Assembly (NCBI GenBank): GCA_011364965.1
Contig: RDOB01000003.1
Location: forward strand, 208,930 to 272,929
Origin: Candidatus Heimdallarchaeota archaeon
GTDB taxonomy: Archaea > Asgardarchaeota > Heimdallarchaeia > Hodarchaeales > Hodarchaeaceae
Length of the DNA stretch: 64,000 bases
Reading direction: 5' to 3'
The notes beneath the pieces are model-generated. The model saw only the letters and a list, made by a program, of their open reading frames with translations, had not been told where the DNA came from and searched no databases. Position 1 is the stretch's first letter; every line of letters starts with the position of its first letter. Positions 59,010-64,000 of this stretch are shown here, in pieces. The position numbers and the translations under genes were made by a program.

Positions 59010-60539
59010 TTGGGAGTCAAATTTAATAGAAAGAAGAAAGAATATGGAGATTTTCAGACCCCTAATGAATTAACAAACAAAATTCTAGCCTATCTGAAAC
59101 AACTGGGTGTCAATGCTACAACTATAATTGAACCAACCTGTGGTCTTGGAGCTTTTCTGAAAGCAGCTGCACATTACTATCAAAAAGCAGATATAATTGG
59201 TATAGATATAAACTCTGAATACATAAGCAGACTTAAAAACGAATTTCAACAACATAAGAGATATAAAAATATCAGATTGTTTCAAGAGGATTTTTTTGAA
59301 GTTAAATGGGAAAAAATCCTGACACAACTAGACCGTCCAGTATTATTCCTAGGAAATCTACCTTGGATCACTTCCTCAGAACTTAGTACACTTCTTGGAG
59401 TTAATTTGCCTGAGAAATATAATATTCACAGGTATAAGGGAATCAATGCAATTACAGGAAAAAGCAATTTTGATATTTCTGAATTCATGATCATTACTTT
59501 ACTTAATGCGGTTAATAAATCTGAAGCTACTCTAGCATTCCTCTGTAAATCTTCTGTTGTCCGCAAAGTCCTTCAATTTGCAGCAGCGAAAGATTTGGAA
59601 ATTGAGAAGATTCAATTCCATCTTATCGATTCAAAAAAGTATTTTGATATCTCTGTTAGTGCAGGTTTGTTAATCTGTGTTTTAAAGCCAGGTTTACACG
59701 ATTATTCATGTCGTATATATAATGGATTCAGTTTCAAAGGTTTTATTCAAGAATTAGGAATCATAGAAGGGAATTTAATAGCAAATATGTTCAACTACCA
59801 AAAATGGAATCATTTACAGGGGGATGATACAACTAACTGGCGATCAGGGATAAAACACGACTGCAGTAAAGTTATGGAACTAATTCAGATCAATGGTAAA
59901 TATGAAAATGGATATGGAGACATTATCGAATTAGAGTCAGATTATCTATTTCCCCTGTTGAAGAGCTCGGATATAGCTAATGAGCGAACAACCAACATTG
60001 AAAGATGGTTGATTGTTCCACAACAAACAGTAGGAGAACAAACATCTAGTATACAAGCAATTGCGCCTCAAACTTGGAAATATCTCCTAAAACATGCTGA
60101 AAAGCTAGATAATCGAAGCAGTCGAGTGTATAATAACCAACCTCGTTTCTCTATATTCGGAGTTGGAGATTATACTTTTTCACAATGGAAAATAGCTATT
60201 TCAGGGTTTTATAAGACAATGAAATTTCAGCTGATTGGACCTTATCAAAATAAGCCAGTCGTTTTTGACGACACTTGTTATTTTACACCAGTAAACTCAA
60301 AAATAGAAGGAAAAGTCTTAATTACATACTTAAACCATCCAATCGTAACTGAATTTTATAATTCTTTTATTTTTTGGGATTCTAAGCGTCCAATTACCAA
60401 GGAAATCCTGAAAAAACTCGATATTCCTAAATTAGTGTCTATAATTGACCCCAATGAAATTCTTGAGTTAATTCAAAAACAATTTCCACAGCTTGCAGTT
60501 GATAAGTTGAAATTAATTATTCAGAAATTATCTGATTGA
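59010..60539 (+). CDS. SAM-dependent N6-adenine DNA methyltransferase (gamma class, TaqI-like), orphan
   Basis: EYGDFQTP, IIEPTCGLGAFL (motif I), GIDIN, FLGNLPW (variant motif IV). Confidence 0.85.
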   Translation: MGVKFNRKKKEYGDFQTPNELTNKILAYLKQLGVNATTIIEPTCGLGAFLKAAAHYYQKADIIGIDINSEYISRLKNEFQQHKRYKNIRLFQEDFFEVKWEKILTQLDRPVLFLGNLPWITSSELSTLLGVNLPEKYNIHRYKGINAITGKSNFDISEFMIITLLNAVNKSEATLAFLCKSSVVRKVLQFAAAKDLEIEKIQFHLIDSKKYFDISVSAGLLICVLKPGLHDYSCRIYNGFSFKGFIQELGIIEGNLIANMFNYQKWNHLQGDDTTNWRSGIKHDCSKVMELIQINGKYENGYGDIIELESDYLFPLLKSSDIANERTTNIERWLIVPQQTVGEQTSSIQAIAPQTWKYLLKHAEKLDNRSSRVYNNQPRFSIFGVGDYTFSQWKIAISGFYKTMKFQLIGPYQNKPVVFDDTCYFTPVNSKIEGKVLITYLNHPIVTEFYNSFIFWDSKRPITKEILKKLDIPKLVSIIDPNEILELIQKQFPQLAVDKLKLIIQKLSD

Positions 60540-60728
60540 ATTAGGATTAAAATCTGTTTATTTTATGAATATATTTTTAAACCTGAAATAAATTACTTTA
60601 TATAGTAATTAGAAGTAGTGGGGAATCGTTCGGAGATATTCTACGCTTTTAATCAATCTATAATCTGACATTTGCAGTTACTGACAAATATCAAAGATTT
60701 AACACACACTTATTACAGTGGAATCAAC

Positions 60729-61991
60729 ATGTCAAATATAACATTTAAACAACTAGGGGTAATAGACCCCATCCTTCAGGTATGTAATGAAGAAAATTTT
60801 ATACATCCAACAGAAATTCAAGAAAAATCCATCCCGTTAGTGGTTGATGGAAAAGATGTAATTGGCCAAGCTGCCACAGGAAGTGGGAAAACGCTTGCAT
60901 TTGCATCGGGTATAATTCAGAATACAAGAAGAGGGAAAGGAATTCAAGCTTTAGTGATTACTCCAACACGAGAATTGACTCAACAGGTCGCTGAAATGAT
61001 TAGTGCGTTATCAAAATACAAACCTCTTACAGTTGCGACTATATATGGAGGAGTATCGATTAATCCGCAAATAATAGAATTAAAAGGAGCTGATGTAGTA
61101 ATAGGCACACCAGGTCGTTTACTTGATCACATCGGACGTAATAGCATAAATCTTAAAAAAATTAAAATGCTAGTATTAGATGAATGTGATCGATTACTCG
61201 ATATGGGTTTTATCAATGATGTAGAGAGAATCATTGAGCATCTTCCAGAAGATCGACAAACACTTCTTTATTCTGCTACAATCTCATTTGATATTAGTCT
61301 TCTAGCTCAAAAATACATGATCGATCCAATAGATGTAGAAGCAGAAGCTTTAGTAGATCCAGAAAAATTAATACAATATTACTATGGTCCAATTGATGAT
61401 TCTTTAAAATTCTCAGTTTTAGCACACCTCTTAAATGATAAAACACAAAGAGGTCTTTCATTAATCTTTTGCAATACTCGAAGATATGCAAATTTTGTAT
61501 CAGAGAATTTAAACAAAAATGGGGTTAAAGCAAGAGCAATGCATGGGGGATTCTCTCAGTACGAACGCGAAAAGCGTTTAAAAGGATTTCAAAATCAGAA
61601 AATAGGTGTATTAGTTGCTACAGATGTTGCTGCAAGAGGATTGGATATTCCTGGAGTAACTCGTGTGTATAATTACGATCTCCCTGATTCACGGAAACAA
61701 TACATTCATAGGATTGGTAGAACAGCACGAGCAGGAAAAGAAGGAGAAGCTATCACTCTCGTTGCTCAGCGGGATAATGAAAAATTCTTCCAGTTATTCA
61801 GAGACCAACGACACAACATTCAGAAACAAAAAATACCTCAAGTGAAAAGAATTCAGACAACAAAGATAAATAGACTCCCAGACACCAATCGGAGACATCT
61901 AGGGGGTAATAATCGACACTCTCAGTCTGATTGGAATCGAATAAGAGAATCAAGTAAACCTAGATCACTTGATTCTCGTTACTCAATTTAA
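60729..61991 (+). CDS. DEAD-box RNA helicase (DECD variant)
   Basis: PTEIQ, ATGSGKT, PTREL, TPGRL, DECD, SAT, ARGLD, HRIGRTAR; start moved to ATG 60729. Confidence 0.94.
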   Translation: MSNITFKQLGVIDPILQVCNEENFIHPTEIQEKSIPLVVDGKDVIGQAATGSGKTLAFASGIIQNTRRGKGIQALVITPTRELTQQVAEMISALSKYKPLTVATIYGGVSINPQIIELKGADVVIGTPGRLLDHIGRNSINLKKIKMLVLDECDRLLDMGFINDVERIIEHLPEDRQTLLYSATISFDISLLAQKYMIDPIDVEAEALVDPEKLIQYYYGPIDDSLKFSVLAHLLNDKTQRGLSLIFCNTRRYANFVSENLNKNGVKARAMHGGFSQYEREKRLKGFQNQKIGVLVATDVAARGLDIPGVTRVYNYDLPDSRKQYIHRIGRTARAGKEGEAITLVAQRDNEKFFQLFRDQRHNIQKQKIPQVKRIQTTKINRLPDTNRRHLGGNNRHSQSDWNRIRESSKPRSLDSRYSI

Positions 61992-62098
61992 GCTGAAGAA
62001 ATACTCTTGACACCATTCAACTTTTTTATATCATTCAATTACTGATTATAGCATAGAAAAAAAATATCCAGGATTTTCTTTATTACACAAGTGTAATT

Positions 62099-63271
62099 TT
62101 AATAAGGATCCCAGTTCTTGATTTTGGGATAGTCTCGTTTCTCGCCAAGGTCATAAGTCTCAAAGAGTTTCCCCCAAGGAGTCTCTAAGAACTTATTTAT
62201 TTTCCTTTTACCAATGGTAGGATACCATAGATAGTCATGATAGACCTCAGAGGTAGCAATAAAGATACGGAAGAGGGGAGTATGAAAGAGTAATTTGTTT
62301 AAGGGTTTAATGGGACGATAACGATAGGTGGTATTACGAATACGTTGATCCCAACGAATAATAGGACTACGCTTAGATTTGAACCCAAAATTCATAGCTT
62401 TAGCCTCAGAAGCATCCATACCAAGAATTTCAATTTGATCGACATCCCCCATACCAAGACCCCGGTCATGAGCAAGCTTGATGTAAGGAATAGAAAGAGG
62501 ATCAAAACCCATAATCTTAGCGGAAAGGGCATCAATGGCAACTTGATCAAAACTAGAGAGTAAAATATTACCGATATAAGGATCCATGGTACGAGGGCCC
62601 GCCCCAGTACCACACACCGCCCCATCCATGACTGCAAAGGTAGAAGGATGAATCTCCTGCTGGATGGCGAGTAAATCAACCAGCACCTCATGAATAACAC
62701 GATGAGAATGATGACGATACTTGGGAATTAAGCCCCCAAAGGCGTTTTTCATTGCACCAGTGGTCGTAGTATGACCATGGGTTTTCATGGTAGGAAGATG
62801 AATAACATGGCTATGGAGAAAAAGCTCGGGAATAAGAATCGGATCAAAAAGATCAGCTAAAGCCAACAATTCGGTTTTAGGCTGATAGGAAATCCAGGGA
62901 ACATTAGGCAAAGCAATGAAGTCGATACCCTCGTCATTAAGCAATTTGGCCCAGCGATTTAACTCAAAACCCCTATGGACGTTTGTTACGACGGTTTGGT
63001 TCTCAGTTGGAACTATATTTACATAACCATCAGTTTTTAACTTTTTAATAACTCCATCCAGTCCCCACGGAGGAGTAGAACAAGCAGGAAAGAATTTAGT
63101 CCAAGATAAATTAATTTTCAAGATAATATTGTCATTTTGTGAAACTACATCTTTATAATTAAATAAATCAAATAATTTGGCATAATTTATTATTACTGAT
63201 TCTGGACTGGTTGGTAGTACCGCTACTTTTCCATAGCGTGATTTATGATTATACTTTCCCGATTCGGTCAT
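62099..63271 (-). CDS. DUF362 family protein
   Basis: LKINLSW, PACSTPPW, HLPTMKTHGHTTTTGAMKNAFGG, GAGPR, DQVAIDA. Confidence 0.85.
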   Translation of the reverse strand: MTESGKYNHKSRYGKVAVLPTSPESVIINYAKLFDLFNYKDVVSQNDNIILKINLSWTKFFPACSTPPWGLDGVIKKLKTDGYVNIVPTENQTVVTNVHRGFELNRWAKLLNDEGIDFIALPNVPWISYQPKTELLALADLFDPILIPELFLHSHVIHLPTMKTHGHTTTTGAMKNAFGGLIPKYRHHSHRVIHEVLVDLLAIQQEIHPSTFAVMDGAVCGTGAGPRTMDPYIGNILLSSFDQVAIDALSAKIMGFDPLSIPYIKLAHDRGLGMGDVDQIEILGMDASEAKAMNFGFKSKRSPIIRWDQRIRNTTYRYRPIKPLNKLLFHTPLFRIFIATSEVYHDYLWYPTIGKRKINKFLETPWGKLFETYDLGEKRDYPKIKNWDPY

Positions 63272-63403
63272 TTGTTATACCTTCATCTTAGATTAAAAAA
63301 TCTAATTGCTAGTGGTTTATCAGTTACAACACATCTATTCGTTGAATTAAAATTCTCTGATCTGATTCAAAATTTTATTTCTAAGGAAATAAAATTCAAA
63401 ATC

Positions 63404-63778
63404 ATGGATCAAATAAATAGATTAGCTGAGATGATTGATGAAAACATTATTAAGGATTATCAAACAATAGCAGCGTTAATATTCGTCGTAGGTAAATCTT
63501 TACGCTTTATGGAACGAATTGTTAATACTGAATCCCATTCTTTAAAGGAAATATTTGGGAATAATTTGAAATTCCTTGGAAAAGAATATGAAACAGTGAC
63601 ACGAAAGCATGGATTTATAAAAACCTCATTGACTCAAAACATAGTAATTAATGAACGAAGGAATACTAAAGGTAATTATTCACGCTTAAGACAGGCACTT
63701 ATTCAAGTCAGAAATTATGGAGGCAATATAGGTTCCCTAATAGATCAATTAGAACAGAAAAGAGAATCAAATTACTAG
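63404..63778 (+). CDS. Hypothetical protein
   Basis: Stop-free ORF; ATG 63404 avoids overlap with the DUF362 gene. Confidence 0.5.
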   Translation: MDQINRLAEMIDENIIKDYQTIAALIFVVGKSLRFMERIVNTESHSLKEIFGNNLKFLGKEYETVTRKHGFIKTSLTQNIVINERRNTKGNYSRLRQALIQVRNYGGNIGSLIDQLEQKRESNY

Positions 63779-63808
63779 GAATGAAATTCTAGAAGGAGTA
63801 ATTAATCC

Positions 63809-64000
63809 ATGAAAAAAAAGGATCTCACTAATGTCAGAAAATTTGTCCTAATTGGAATCATAATGGGTCTTCTTATCCTCTCTACAAGTATACAATTCAC
63901 AGTGGCTGCAACCACTGTTAAAAATACCATTATCTGGGAATATTATTTTACTGATATGAATAATCCTTATGACATGGCTGTTAGAACTATCAGTCTTAAT
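63809..64000 (+). CDS. Partial secreted protein (runs off the window)
   Basis: AGGAG RBS; MKKKDLTNVRKFVLIGIIMGLLILSTSIQFTVAA signal peptide. Confidence 0.7.
   Translation, partial: MKKKDLTNVRKFVLIGIIMGLLILSTSIQFTVAATTVKNTIIWEYYFTDMNNPYDMAVRTISLN

Noticed and set aside
1-64000. rRNA, tRNA, transposase, integrase or prophage genes
   Set aside because: No recognisable signatures by eye; a covariance-model search would be needed to exclude small RNAs.

Overview
AT-rich, gene-dense archaeal window, most likely an Asgard archaeon (Heimdallarchaeia/Hodarchaeales-like; this is an inference). Support for that assignment: a Rab-like small GTPase, a 7TM protein fused to a longin/roadblock-like domain, an SPGF-type C-terminal sorting signal, an AbrB-PhoU regulator, ThpR and Lrp regulators. 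The most striking element is a ~13.5 kb cluster (28.1-41.6 kb) encoding a complete galactitol-family PEP:sugar phosphotransferase system (EI, HPr, EIIA, EIIB, EIIC). It is embedded with an unusual enzyme set (DegT-type aminotransferase, Zn-dependent dehydrogenase, class II aldolase/epimerase, DeoC, BtpA/SgcQ, YjbQ, HAD phosphatase), suggesting an undescribed amino/deoxy-polyol catabolic pathway. A second notable locus is a tusA-mvhD-hdrA-hdrA'-wHTH-qmoC-like operon (20.2-26.1 kb). Also present: a wHTH/MinD/membrane-anchor three-gene unit, a NikR-linked ECF Ni/Co transporter, LarA, a PlsC-like acyltransferase next to SCP2, an Lrp/aminotransferase divergon with three TGGC-N5-GCCA/C operator-like sites, an orphan N6-adenine methyltransferase, several pseudogenes (MFS, DUF1801, aldehyde:ferredoxin oxidoreductase, a membrane protein) and three small ORFs missed by the ORF track. 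No rRNA, tRNA, CRISPR array or transposase was recognised.
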